Source of the DNA: Promethearchaeota archaeon
GTDB taxonomy: Archaea; Asgardarchaeota; Lokiarchaeia; Sigyniarchaeales; SOKP01
Direction: 5' to 3'
Assembly: GCA_048938855.1 (NCBI GenBank)
Contig: JBHLLT010000004.1
Coordinates: 121,497 to 185,496 of the forward strand
Length of the DNA: 64,000 nucleotides
The notes under the pieces are model-generated. The model did no database searches. It saw only the letters and a list, made by a program, of their open reading frames with translations, and had not been told where the DNA came from. Position 1 is the first letter of the stretch; each line of letters starts with the position of its first letter. Positions 29,029 to 39,299 of the stretch are shown in pieces. Made by a program: the position numbers and the translations under genes.

Positions 29029-30165
29029 CTATTTTTCAAATAAATGTATTATCGATTCTATTTGCCTTTTATTTGGATCTTGTTCAATTTGGGTATGGAT
29101 TAGTTCCATAAGTTTAGATTGCGAGATACTAATACATTCTAAAAAATCACTTACTTCTTTTTCTTTAAATTTATTCTTAAGGATAAGTGGAACTACAATC
29201 CTAAGTGTTCTCAGCCACTTTTTCCTTTCTTGAGGATTTTGGCGTACTAGTTCTGCATATTGATATGCATACAGAATTCCTCCATATCTATGTAAATCAT
29301 AAAATGTAGCTGCATGTACTACGTTACAATTCGTTAAAAGTGGATCCGCATGGCCTTTTTTGATGTAATTTTTAGATTCAACAAGATTGACAATCTTTTG
29401 TTCTCTATACGGTATTACGTGATATGGTAAAAGGACTCTAGGTAGGTTTTCAATTTTTAATTCCTCATCATTCAAGTAGCATTCTGAATCAGACTGATCA
29501 AAGAAAAGATTATTAAATAATATCATAGGTTTCCACACGTGAATTATTTCATTTCTTGGTATTTCATAATAATATCGAAAAATTTGATCAGGAGAATATC
29601 CAAATAAAACATAAGGAATATCTTTTTTTATCGCTTGTTTTACCACAATACTGTGGATTAGATCGGAACAAGAGTCACATATAACTCTCGTTAAAAAAGT
29701 ATCATTTGATTTATGATTGTAAAAATGCCATTTATAGAGCTTAGTAAATGTAGGTATGCAATCTTCTATAAGTAAATGATCTACATTAATCTTTGCTAAT
29801 GTATCTTTCATATTTTGCTTCGCAATTTGAGTCATGAAGCCCGTATCAGAAGTTACTGCTAAGGGGTTTAAACCTAAATTATTTACAAGATAGTCTAACA
29901 GAGCCGTAGAATCTTTTCCTCCAGAATATCCTAAGATACAATCATATTGAACATTTCCATGGTTTTTTTGCATATTTTTAACAATCCGATTCCAATCTAT
30001 AAGAGCTTTTTCTCTTATTTTAGAATCAATTTTAGTTCGTGACCAGTTGATATTTTTATGTTCATGATCAGAGCAAAAATCACACAACCCTTCTGAATTT
30101 AAATGAACTCCTAAGAATCCATCTGGTAATATGCATTTTCTACAAATGTTTTGTTGCTCTAACAT
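29029..30165 (-). CDS. N-type (PP-loop) ATP pyrophosphatase, WbpG-like amidotransferase family
   Basis: CRKCILP, YDCILGYSGGKDS, CDSC. Confidence 0.8.
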   Translation of the reverse strand: MLEQQNICRKCILPDGFLGVHLNSEGLCDFCSDHEHKNINWSRTKIDSKIREKALIDWNRIVKNMQKNHGNVQYDCILGYSGGKDSTALLDYLVNNLGLNPLAVTSDTGFMTQIAKQNMKDTLAKINVDHLLIEDCIPTFTKLYKWHFYNHKSNDTFLTRVICDSCSDLIHSIVVKQAIKKDIPYVLFGYSPDQIFRYYYEIPRNEIIHVWKPMILFNNLFFDQSDSECYLNDEELKIENLPRVLLPYHVIPYREQKIVNLVESKNYIKKGHADPLLTNCNVVHAATFYDLHRYGGILYAYQYAELVRQNPQERKKWLRTLRIVVPLILKNKFKEKEVSDFLECISISQSKLMELIHTQIEQDPNKRQIESIIHLFEK

Positions 30166-30360
30166 ATAAACACCTTTTATAAACTACATAATTCTGTTCT
30201 ATTTAAAGGAAAAATAAATATAAGCTGTAAAAAAGAAGGCAAATTTTGATACTAAAAATTCAGCTAAGTTTCAAGAAAATTTGATAAAAAGAATTTTTTT
30301 CTTTAAATAAAAATACCATAGATATACATCAAAGTTTCACAATATAATAGCAAGATTACA

Positions 30361-31518
30361 ATGGTTCAAGTATTAGAAAAAATAGACTTTCACAAATTAG
30401 AAATAAAAGAATCGTATGATCTGGGAGAAATAAAAGAAGTTTTAGAGTCCAAGCTATTTGTCCCTAATATTGATATAAAATCTAAAATAATTAGTGAACT
30501 TCTTTTATATTTGGATTTAAAATTTTCCGAGCCTGCATATAAGATAAAATTTTTTGTTGCGTATGGAGATTCAGAAGTACATGGATTTGTAATTAGTCAA
30601 ATTGATCCGTATTATACGAGTTATAGCCGTAAATGTGGTACATTCGGATGGCTTCATGCGGACACGTTTGAAGTATGCAAGAAATTGATATATCAATGTG
30701 AAAGTTTCATAAAGGAAAATAGAATAAGAAAATTAAGAGGAAATATAAATTTTCCAAAGAATTTAGGGGGAATTGGATTTCAATTCAAAGGATTTCATGA
30801 AAAAATGTTGTATGGAGTCGCATATAATAATCCTTCTTTAAAAATTTTTGAGTATTTAGATGCTTTAGGATATCAGAGAGAATCAGAATATTCATGTGTA
30901 CATGTTACACAAAAAAGATGGAATAAAGGGAGAAAAATTGATAAAAATATTGAATTCAGATATGTTACGATAAAAGAGATTTATGAGTATATGGATTCAA
31001 TACGTAAGCTTGCCAAAAATTCCTTTCATGAAATTTTGCCTGATGCTTCAGGAAGTAATAGAGTAACTGAATTTTTTGAAGCATTTAAAAAGATTCCAAA
31101 ATCATTCCATAAAATAAAATCTGATATCAAATCTAATTTTAAATCTTATATCCCTCAATTTATAGAAGCTTGGGAGACATGTAATCTTGAAAAAATAGAA
31201 CCATTTGCTCCAATGGCTTTTGATAAAAGTAGTGGTGAACTAATAGGCATATTATTAGGATTACCGGATATATTTGAAACATGGACAGAAAAACCTATTA
31301 CAAGATGCAATGTAGATACTGCAATGGTAAAGCAAGGGTATTTTGGGAAAGGGATTTTTTCAGCTCTTAATAATATCGGTCAACTAACATGTAACCTATT
31401 TGGTGTTAATTATTTTGAAGGAACAGGCATTTGGTCGAATAATTCACGTGCCATTGATACGATCTTTCCACATTGTAAACCAATTAGGAAACATTATGTC
31501 TTTCAAAGACGTATTTAA
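30361..31518 (+). CDS. GNAT-fold protein (YghO-like)
   Basis: GTFGW, YNNP, YFGKGI, IWSNN motifs. Confidence 0.65.
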   Translation: MVQVLEKIDFHKLEIKESYDLGEIKEVLESKLFVPNIDIKSKIISELLLYLDLKFSEPAYKIKFFVAYGDSEVHGFVISQIDPYYTSYSRKCGTFGWLHADTFEVCKKLIYQCESFIKENRIRKLRGNINFPKNLGGIGFQFKGFHEKMLYGVAYNNPSLKIFEYLDALGYQRESEYSCVHVTQKRWNKGRKIDKNIEFRYVTIKEIYEYMDSIRKLAKNSFHEILPDASGSNRVTEFFEAFKKIPKSFHKIKSDIKSNFKSYIPQFIEAWETCNLEKIEPFAPMAFDKSSGELIGILLGLPDIFETWTEKPITRCNVDTAMVKQGYFGKGIFSALNNIGQLTCNLFGVNYFEGTGIWSNNSRAIDTIFPHCKPIRKHYVFQRRI

Positions 31519-31544
31519 ATCTTCTTAATAATTAAGTAATACTT

Positions 31545-32651
31545 TTAGATGAAAGGAAATTGGTATTTATCTAGTCCAAGTTCATCTCTCATTACTTTAA
31601 TGTCATTCTGTAAGCTTTTGTTTAAAGGAATCCCTTTCTTATTTCTTTCAATTCCAGCAATATATTCTTTTTCTCCGGCTGTATAAATTCTCTCAAAATT
31701 AGGAATCTTTCTTGATCCTCTTAATCCCCGCATTATATTCCCTGCTGTTTTTTTAAACGAATCTGATCCAATAAAACTCTCAGGATTAATAACCAAGAAA
31801 AAATGGCCAACTTTTAATCTCTTTTGACCATTTTCTTCTATTCCTAACGTATCTCTTAAGTAGATACCTCCCTGCAAAGCAGCAGATAGAATTTCTACAA
31901 CTGTTGCATATCCATAGCCTTTATAACCAGCTGTATCTTCACCTTTACCTCCTAATGGTAGTAAAGCAGCTTTTCTCTCTAGCATTTTTTCTAATACTTT
32001 ATTTGGGTCAGTCATAGTCTCACCTTGATCATCAATCACAGTGTTTTCTGGGAGTGGTTTATTGATTCGAGAATTAACCTCAACCTTACCTCTTTGAATT
32101 ATAGATGTGGCGCAATCAAGAACAAACGGAAATTCCTCATCAGTAGGTGCTCCAACAGTTAAGGGATTTGTACCTAACATTGGTTCGCACCCAAACGTTG
32201 GTGGAATAGATGGTCTCGCATTAGTAACAGTTATCCCGATCATCCCCTCTTTTATAGCCATTAGAGAATAATATCCTGCAATGCCAAAATGAGTTGAGTT
32301 TCTTACCGCAACTGCACCTAATCCATATTTTTTTGCTTTTTCAATTGCCATTTTCATAGCTTTATAGGCAATCACATGCCCCATACCGCAATTTCCATCC
32401 AATAATGCTGTAGAGGGACCCTCTTTTATAATATCAATCTTGGTTTTTGATTCATAAACCCCTTGTTTTATTCTATCATAATACATCTTACATCTCTGAA
32501 TACCATGAGACTCTATACCTCTTAAATCTGAAGTAATCAAAACATCTGCAATAATTTCAGCATCTTCTTTTGGAACACCTAATCCTATGAAAACATCTCT
32601 CATGAAACTTTCAAGGATTTTAGAATCTATAAGTACAATATTATCTGACAT
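31545..32651 (-). CDS. Ldh_2-family oxidoreductase (malate/L-sulfolactate dehydrogenase-like)
   Basis: DLRGIESHG, RNSTHFG, GTNPL, LDCATS, GYKGYG. Confidence 0.9.
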   Translation of the reverse strand: MSDNIVLIDSKILESFMRDVFIGLGVPKEDAEIIADVLITSDLRGIESHGIQRCKMYYDRIKQGVYESKTKIDIIKEGPSTALLDGNCGMGHVIAYKAMKMAIEKAKKYGLGAVAVRNSTHFGIAGYYSLMAIKEGMIGITVTNARPSIPPTFGCEPMLGTNPLTVGAPTDEEFPFVLDCATSIIQRGKVEVNSRINKPLPENTVIDDQGETMTDPNKVLEKMLERKAALLPLGGKGEDTAGYKGYGYATVVEILSAALQGGIYLRDTLGIEENGQKRLKVGHFFLVINPESFIGSDSFKKTAGNIMRGLRGSRKIPNFERIYTAGEKEYIAGIERNKKGIPLNKSLQNDIKVMRDELGLDKYQFPFI

Positions 32652-32848
32652 TTTAAACTAGCCAATTTATTTTAAAGTTTACTATGTGTTTAATTTGAAT
32701 GTTTAATTTTTTTTTTACTTTTAGATTTAAAATAATTCTAGAGAATATGGTCTAGATATTATTCTTGTATTTATAGTACAAACTCTACTAAATTATGTGA
32801 TATTGTATAATCAATTATAGGATAATTAAAAATAAAGCTTCGAGAGTC

Positions 32849-33703
32849 ATGAATAAAAAAGAAAAGCTAAAATGTCCATTATGCGGCAATAAATTCATTC
32901 CTAGAACATTTTACCCTGAGGAAGCTACTTTTTCTTCTGAGGGAAAATTATTATCAGGATTTAATGGGTATATAAGTTCTAGTGGAGTAAAACCAGCTGA
33001 AGTAATTCTTGGTTCTTGGATTACTTATTGTCCGAATTGTAATTATATTATGAAGTTCGTTAAAGAAATTGTTAAGAAAGAAAAGATTCAATCTCAAACA
33101 GTTTCAGCCAAAGAAGTCAAAGAAAAATATAATAATTATTACTTCGGGTTTCAATTTGAGGATTATTCACAATATTTATCTGGTGTTTCTGAAAAAGTTA
33201 AAGCTAACATTAAAAAATCTCTTAAAGGTGTAGATCTTGACATATGGGAAAATATGTATGAAATTGAAGACACATTTAAGCTTTTAGTGAGGTTCTATGC
33301 GAATCTAGAGAAATATTGTGATGCTCAACTTCCAGATGATAATGATAAGGATTTGCCAACTAAAATTAAACTGTTGAATTTAATACCCCAATTAGAAAAT
33401 CTATTGTTAGAATTGAATAAGATAAGAGAACAAACTATACAAGGAAACTATGAGCTATCTCCAGGTGATAAAGAAAATGTTAATACAGCGGTGGTGAATT
33501 TTACTTTGAATTTAATTGAAAAACATATTAAACCGTTAGTTGATGGAAAGAAGCTAAGGGCACAATATAATTATGTCGATATTAAAGATCTTAATTCGGA
33601 AATTAAAGTCTTCCTTAGTGGATATCTTAATGGTTTATTCAATCATGGAAAGTCTGCTAATCATCAAGTAAAATCATTTTTAGATAATCTACTTATCAAT
33701 TAA
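32849..33703 (+). CDS. hypothetical protein with N-terminal Zn ribbon
   Basis: CPLCG...CPNC then helical domain. Confidence 0.75.
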   Translation: MNKKEKLKCPLCGNKFIPRTFYPEEATFSSEGKLLSGFNGYISSSGVKPAEVILGSWITYCPNCNYIMKFVKEIVKKEKIQSQTVSAKEVKEKYNNYYFGFQFEDYSQYLSGVSEKVKANIKKSLKGVDLDIWENMYEIEDTFKLLVRFYANLEKYCDAQLPDDNDKDLPTKIKLLNLIPQLENLLLELNKIREQTIQGNYELSPGDKENVNTAVVNFTLNLIEKHIKPLVDGKKLRAQYNYVDIKDLNSEIKVFLSGYLNGLFNHGKSANHQVKSFLDNLLIN

Positions 33704-33796
33704 TATCACTAAATTTTAGTTCCTTCTTTTATATTCTACGCCATATTATCACCATGCTATACGTTTTTTTGAATTCCCTTCACATAATTTAAATTC

Positions 33797-33961
33797 ATGA
33801 TTTTGAATGATTTAAACACTAAAGTGAAAGGAAAGTTTTATAAAGAGATTATAATTGAGGATGATAGCGAAGATTTTGTTTATGTTTTTCCTGATACAAA
33901 AGAATTTCTATCAATCATGAGAAGAAAAGAGATTAAAAAAGAGCTAATTTCGAAAAAGTAA
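33797..33961 (+). CDS. possible small protein (54 aa)
   Basis: MILNDLNTKVKGKFYKEIIIEDDSEDFVYVFPDTKEFLSIMRRKEIKKELISKK; below ORF-track cutoff. Confidence 0.35.
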   Translation: MILNDLNTKVKGKFYKEIIIEDDSEDFVYVFPDTKEFLSIMRRKEIKKELISKK

Positions 33962-34051
33962 TACAAGGTTTTATCTGTGAACAGGAAATACACAAAATCT
34001 TAATTTTTTTGAAAATGTAAATTTTAAATTATACTATAAATTATAGAATTT

Positions 34052-34356
34052 GGGCACCTTGGGCAACGCCTGAATCCCCTTGCTGGGAGGACAACAAAAT
34101 GCTCATAGTTGAAATTGCCTGAATTAAGAATTCATGAGTGCTATTATCCAATCTTGTGTTCCGTCGAAGCACTCCCCATAATGGTAGGTATCAGAACAGT
34201 ACCTTTTGTAGGAAAGGTATAAGTCCCTAATTAGAAAACCGGACAGGTCCGGGAGGAAGCATCCGTAACTATAGGTATTTACGCTTTATGGTAAGGGTGT
34301 GGAGGGGCATGAGATCTTATGGTCATAATAGTAGGATTGATATCGAGGTTCAGGAC
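34052..34356 (+). ncRNA. ffs: signal recognition particle RNA (archaeal 7S)
   Basis: helix 8 motif CAGGTCC-GGGA-GGAAGCA (34244-34261), helix 6 hairpin around 34199-34220, ends pair (CCTGAATC/GGTTCAGG), ~300 nt, GC-enriched, T-rich 3' flank; 5' end approximate. Confidence 0.9.
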
Positions 34357-34424
34357 TTTCTAATTTTAATTATCTTTTCTTATTATGTTAATAGACTATA
34401 AATGGATTTTGAATAATTAATGAT

Positions 34425-34514
34425 AAAAAAAAATATATAGAATTGAGGAATGTTGGTTTAGGTGTGGTCATTCGAAAAGCCATTTATCTAAACTAGTTCC
34501 TCTACATTTCTATA
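34425..34514 (-). repeat. conserved 3' hairpin/terminator element, copy A
   Basis: reverse-complement match to 44591-44692 and 49240-49342. Confidence 0.85.
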
Positions 34515-34576
34515 ATGTTAACTAAAAGTTTTTTTCCTGTTTTATGCCATAGGACTTACACTTGTTTTTACCCTTT

Positions 34577-35200
34577 TTAGTGGAAAAAGACTAATTCTAC
34601 AGGCCACAAGCCAGGATAAAATGGGTGCCCCTCTGGTTTAGTAAGACCGACCTGATTCACTTTTACGTTCGCAGTGTCCCCCGCACTGAAACCAAATGCG
34701 TCAACTAGAAATGTTCCTGTACCACTCCCAGTCAAATGCGAATATGGAGCTTCACCGGCACCATAAAACCATACATCAATAAGATTTGGGACAGGTCCCC
34801 CCATTTCACCCTCAACAATTACGATGCATGTGAAAGAGTAGTCCATTTCACCTTCAAATACAAATGGATTAACACCATAATCACCGACCAACATATAGGC
34901 ACCTTTTACATGTAAATTAATCCTATACATAATTCGTCCATCTTTCAGGTCTCTCTCGAGTACAGAACCATGATGTTCGCAATCCGAGATTAAATTTGTG
35001 CCTGGAGGAGTTACATAAAATCCATGAGGGAAAATGATTAAATTAGTTTCGGGATCCACCCAAGCTGCTACACCAGTGTAATCGTTAGTGTCTACAAAGT
35101 CCGAAATTGGTCTAGAATTTGCTGTTCCTAATACTGCTGGCATAAAACTTAACATACAAATTCCCAAAGTTGCTAGTAGAAATATTTTTGTTTTTTTCAT
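34577..35200 (-). CDS. secreted protein of unknown function (near-identical to 47316-47942)
   Basis: signal peptide MKKTKIFLLATLGICMLSFMPAVLG; GAGGT SD favours start at 35200. Confidence 0.85.
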   Translation of the reverse strand: MKKTKIFLLATLGICMLSFMPAVLGTANSRPISDFVDTNDYTGVAAWVDPETNLIIFPHGFYVTPPGTNLISDCEHHGSVLERDLKDGRIMYRINLHVKGAYMLVGDYGVNPFVFEGEMDYSFTCIVIVEGEMGGPVPNLIDVWFYGAGEAPYSHLTGSGTGTFLVDAFGFSAGDTANVKVNQVGLTKPEGHPFYPGLWPVELVFFH

Positions 35201-35554
35201 TTTTATCAAACCTCTTTTCAAATTCAATTTATCAATTTTAGAAAATGATCATTTCTTAAGGATCAAAATATGATAGATGAATAATTTTTCAATTAGACTC
35301 CGCATCCTTAATCGTTATTAAGAAATGATCAAATTAACAAAGATTTAACATAATATTTAACTTTATTGTCGTAAATTTAATTTGTAAAAAAGCTAACCTC
35401 GTTTATCCTTTTATTTTTTTATTTTTTTTTTTCAAGTTTGTAATAGATCTTGATATTTTTATGGGAGCTATTTTAGACACAAAATTGTAAAAAATAAATA
35501 GGATTGAAATATGTTTTTACTTATAAAAAAAATTTTAGAAATCCTAATAGTCAA

Positions 35555-37354
35555 ATGGAAAGGAAAGATTTAACTATAATCATATTAGCCATTGTTTTAA
35601 TTTTCTCTAGTATTGGGAATGGTATTTTAGCTTTTATATTTACTAGAATAGATAATAAAGAATACGGAGAAATTATTAAAGTAGTAAGCAGAAAAAATCC
35701 TTTTACTATGGATCCTTGTAATTCTTGGGATAGCAATTCAAATAATGTATTTAATCAAGTACTAGAGACTTTACTTGCCTATGATTTAACTGACCCTAAG
35801 TTACCTATTATAGGAAGACTTGCAGAATCCTGGGACTTTCAAAGTTCAAAATTCGGTACTAACATCACATTCCAGCTACGTGATGAAGTTTATTTTCATG
35901 ATGGTTCAAAACTTACTGGAGAATGTGTTTTACATACTTTCGAAAGAATTAATTTCTTCGGTAATGCAACAGGAACCTTAGATCCCGATCTATATGTGAT
36001 GGCTGCACCACATTCTCTTTATAAATTTCCTAATAAACCACCAGGGTTAACACCTATCTTTAATCATACCTTAAGTTTTATTAATCCTATGGATGAGTTA
36101 GAAGTTACACTAGTGTTGAATGCCCCATTTGCACCTGTTGAAGGGTTATTGGCTTATAGTGCAAGCTCAATTGTGCATCCTGATTCTACTCCAGCAGATA
36201 GAATGTTGGTTCTCGGGAAAGATTTGGTCATTGGAACTGGCCCATTCAAATTGGTAAAATATGTTCCAAATTCAGAGGTTCGATTCTCTAGATGGGAAAG
36301 GTATTGGAGGACGGGTGCATATTTTGATAGCATCGTGTATATCTATTATAGAAATGATGTCACAGCCAATAATGCTATGTTATCTGGAGATATCGACTGG
36401 CTAGGTCAGGGGATTGCCTCACTTAAAGCCCAATTTGAAGCTGATCCAGATATAACTGTGACTGGAGATGGAATCCATGCATACATTAATGATACTAAAT
36501 ATCATTACATTGAATTTAACAATGAAATTATAAATGTTACATGGAGAAAGGCAATATCATATGCATTTAACTATAGCTATCTTATTAAAGAAATACAACA
36601 AGATACAGTTGTAAGGGCCCATTCTCTAGTACCCCCTGGGTTTCCCGCACATAATGCTTCAGTAAAAGCTGCTAATTATGATATACCTAAAGCAAGACAA
36701 TATATGCAGAAGATGGGTTATGGATATACTGCTGGAGTTCCTTGGCAAGTAGGCTCTCAATTGGGAGATAAATTTTTTCCTGGTAGTGATGAAAATCTCT
36801 GGAAAGCCGCAGAATTTATTCCTACAACTAACGCATCGGGATGGACATTACCCACAGCTAATTTTAGTAATAATGCTTTTAATTTTTGGCTGGAATTGGG
36901 GGATCATTTCATGGAACTACTTATACAACGATTTACTGAAGATATGGATTTGATTGGAATTAAAATAATCCCACAATTATTATCATGGGATCAGTTATTA
37001 GATGTTGGGCTTAATCATCGTGAAAGACTCCATCTCTATTATATTTGGTGGGGCCCTGATTATTTTGAAACATTTAATATGATTGACCCTTTGGTTAATC
37101 CAGATTCTTCAATGAACTTTGGAGGAATCAATGAGGCTGAAATAACAACACTCTTGGCTGTTACTGCTGCTGAAACAGATACTCTTCAAAGATATGAGTA
37201 CTATAAGAAACTCCAATATTTAATTCATGATAAATATTTCTGTCAAATACCTTTAATGTATTTTAAACTCTACCATGTCCATGCCTCAGATTTGAAAGGG
37301 TTCCCATATAACGTAATGAGACTTCATTACTGGTATTTATGCTATCGTGAATAG
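35555..37354 (+). CDS. ABC transporter substrate-binding protein, family 5 (peptide/nickel type)
   Basis: LAESW, FQLRDEVYFHDGS, IGTGPFK, RKAISYAFN; N-terminal TM anchor. Confidence 0.9.
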   Translation: MERKDLTIIILAIVLIFSSIGNGILAFIFTRIDNKEYGEIIKVVSRKNPFTMDPCNSWDSNSNNVFNQVLETLLAYDLTDPKLPIIGRLAESWDFQSSKFGTNITFQLRDEVYFHDGSKLTGECVLHTFERINFFGNATGTLDPDLYVMAAPHSLYKFPNKPPGLTPIFNHTLSFINPMDELEVTLVLNAPFAPVEGLLAYSASSIVHPDSTPADRMLVLGKDLVIGTGPFKLVKYVPNSEVRFSRWERYWRTGAYFDSIVYIYYRNDVTANNAMLSGDIDWLGQGIASLKAQFEADPDITVTGDGIHAYINDTKYHYIEFNNEIINVTWRKAISYAFNYSYLIKEIQQDTVVRAHSLVPPGFPAHNASVKAANYDIPKARQYMQKMGYGYTAGVPWQVGSQLGDKFFPGSDENLWKAAEFIPTTNASGWTLPTANFSNNAFNFWLELGDHFMELLIQRFTEDMDLIGIKIIPQLLSWDQLLDVGLNHRERLHLYYIWWGPDYFETFNMIDPLVNPDSSMNFGGINEAEITTLLAVTAAETDTLQRYEYYKKLQYLIHDKYFCQIPLMYFKLYHVHASDLKGFPYNVMRLHYWYLCYRE

Positions 37355-37435
37355 TAAACAAGTGCAAATAAAGTGAAAATACCCTTGAATTACAGGGGAA
37401 ATTAATATAATTATAATTGTTGCCTTAAAATCATT

Positions 37436-37882
37436 TTAATTTTTCGGTTCTTTAAATAGGATATATTTGCAATGTCTATTATTAGAATTAAGAATACACT
37501 CCTTAATTTCAGCAGTGTATTTAAATTCGGGATGCGTAGAGTTTAGTATAGCTGCTGTGTATGGAATGCAAATTGTATTTTGAATAAGATCTGATTTATC
37601 AGGATTATACTTACCACCTATAGGACAAAAGCGATTCGAATACTTAAGTGATATTTCTAAAGTATTATCATCTATGCTTGTTATGCTAGTTTTTGCGTTT
37701 AATACAGCATAAATTCTTTTTAAAGTATTTTCTAAAACTGTAACTCCTTTTTTTTGCAAAATTTTTCCCAACTTTGCTCCTAAACTAGCTGAAATTGATT
37801 TAGGGAGGTTTGGACCGCCCACATCAATCATTTCTTTGATATATGCTTGAAAAAATTTTAAGGCATCTCTATTCTTTGACAT
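37436..37882 (-). CDS. V4R/methanogen-output-domain-like small protein
   Basis: RFCPIGG, ICIPYT, ECI...HC; likely start MSKNRD at 37882. Confidence 0.7.
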   Translation of the reverse strand: MSKNRDALKFFQAYIKEMIDVGGPNLPKSISASLGAKLGKILQKKGVTVLENTLKRIYAVLNAKTSITSIDDNTLEISLKYSNRFCPIGGKYNPDKSDLIQNTICIPYTAAILNSTHPEFKYTAEIKECILNSNNRHCKYILFKEPKN

Positions 37883-37999
37883 TTTAATAATTAGATATGA
37901 TAATTGAAAATTAAGAATAATATAGTTAATTTTCAGCATTAAAGTATTTAAGAATTGCTAAGAAGATTATTTGTTTGTCAATAAATTTAATAAAATGTC

Positions 38000-38452
38000 T
38001 CATTGGCCTACATTACTCTTTTCATTGAGCTTAAGAATATAATGACAAGTTCTATGATTATTAAGCGGAATACAATTTAATATATCTTCTTTGAATGTAT
38101 ATTGAGGAAAAATCTCATTTAGGAAGCCTTTTGTGTAAGGAATGCAAATATTTTCTTGAAAGATTGGAGCTCGAGCTGGGTTATAAGAACCTCCAATCGG
38201 ACAAAATCTATTAGGGTATTTTACAATGACTTCATAAGTGTTTTCATTTAATTGCTTTATCACTGGTTTCGCATTTATTACAGTATAAATTTGCCTTAAT
38301 GCCATACTAACCTCCTGAGTCAATCCTCTTTTTTTATATAATTTTCCCAATTTCGCTCCAGATTTTGCTGAAATGGCTTTTGGTAAATTACTTCCACCAA
38401 TATCAATCATTTCTTTAATATAAGCTTGAAAAAACTTTAATGCGTCTTTAAT
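38000..38452 (-). CDS. V4R-like paralog; probable ATT start
   Basis: paralogy (DALKFFQAYIKEMID) extends upstream of 38410 to ATT behind GAGGAG, with an in-frame TGA just upstream. Confidence 0.7.
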   Translation of the reverse strand: MKDALKFFQAYIKEMIDIGGSNLPKAISAKSGAKLGKLYKKRGLTQEVSMALRQIYTVINAKPVIKQLNENTYEVIVKYPNRFCPIGGSYNPARAPIFQENICIPYTKGFLNEIFPQYTFKEDILNCIPLNNHRTCHYILKLNEKSNVGQ

Positions 38453-38627
38453 GTTAATTACTCCTCAAAACATCATTAAACCCAAATTAATAAGAAAAAG
38501 GGAATAATCCAGATATATAAATGTATCCATTAATGTCCAATTGGTAATAGGAAAAAGTAGAAAACCCATTTTAATAAATCGACTTTTTTATTAGGTGGCA
38601 TTAAAAAATAATAATACCAGAAAACAA

Positions 38628-39233
38628 TTATGATTTCTCTAAGTTTAAGGTAAATCTAAGTAACCGATCTTTATCCTCTTCGGCATATGCAATTCCAATT
38701 CTTTTATTTGCAATAATTAAGTCTTTTTTGATAATTTCTCCTTCTGTGAAATATAATTTAGAGTGAGTAGCACAAGAATCTTTTCCATTAAATTCGTCCT
38801 TTTTTATATCAAAAGCCATACAAAGCTTTCCAGGGCCATCAATCAAATTTCGATAGTTTTTTCCTATTTTCGCATTTCGATTTTCTATCATCAATTCAAT
38901 TCCATCAATTGGGAACAACTGTCGAATCAATACCGCACATGGTATACTCTCTGGCTCAGTTATAACGTTTAAACAGAAATATAATCCATAAATTAGATAA
39001 ATATAGAGTGTTCCTGGTTTCATAAACATAATATTTGTTCTTTCAGTTTTTTTATAACTATACGAATGACTAGCTTTATCGGTTGGTCCAAGGTAAGCCT
39101 CAACTTCAATAATTTTTCCGATGAGTGTACCTTTAGGAGTCTCTCTTACTAAATATTTTCCCAATAAATCAGTCGCTACAATCTTAGTATTTCTTTCAAA
39201 AAATTTTCTATCTAATCTTTCGAGAATTTTCAA
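38628..39233 (-). CDS. mpg: DNA-3-methyladenine glycosylase (AAG/MPG family)
   Basis: IIEVEAYLG, YIYLIYG, AVLIR, GPGKLC, RIGI. Confidence 0.92.
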   Translation of the reverse strand: MKILERLDRKFFERNTKIVATDLLGKYLVRETPKGTLIGKIIEVEAYLGPTDKASHSYSYKKTERTNIMFMKPGTLYIYLIYGLYFCLNVITEPESIPCAVLIRQLFPIDGIELMIENRNAKIGKNYRNLIDGPGKLCMAFDIKKDEFNGKDSCATHSKLYFTEGEIIKKDLIIANKRIGIAYAEEDKDRLLRFTLNLEKS

Positions 39234-39299
39234 ATTTTAATATCTCTTGTTGTAAAGAATAATAATTAGAGATCAAATAAAATATTTAATTAAAGTAGG

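Noticed and set aside
73-31518. Provirus or integrative conjugative element
   Set aside because: No integrase, transposase, relaxase, capsid gene or att repeats visible
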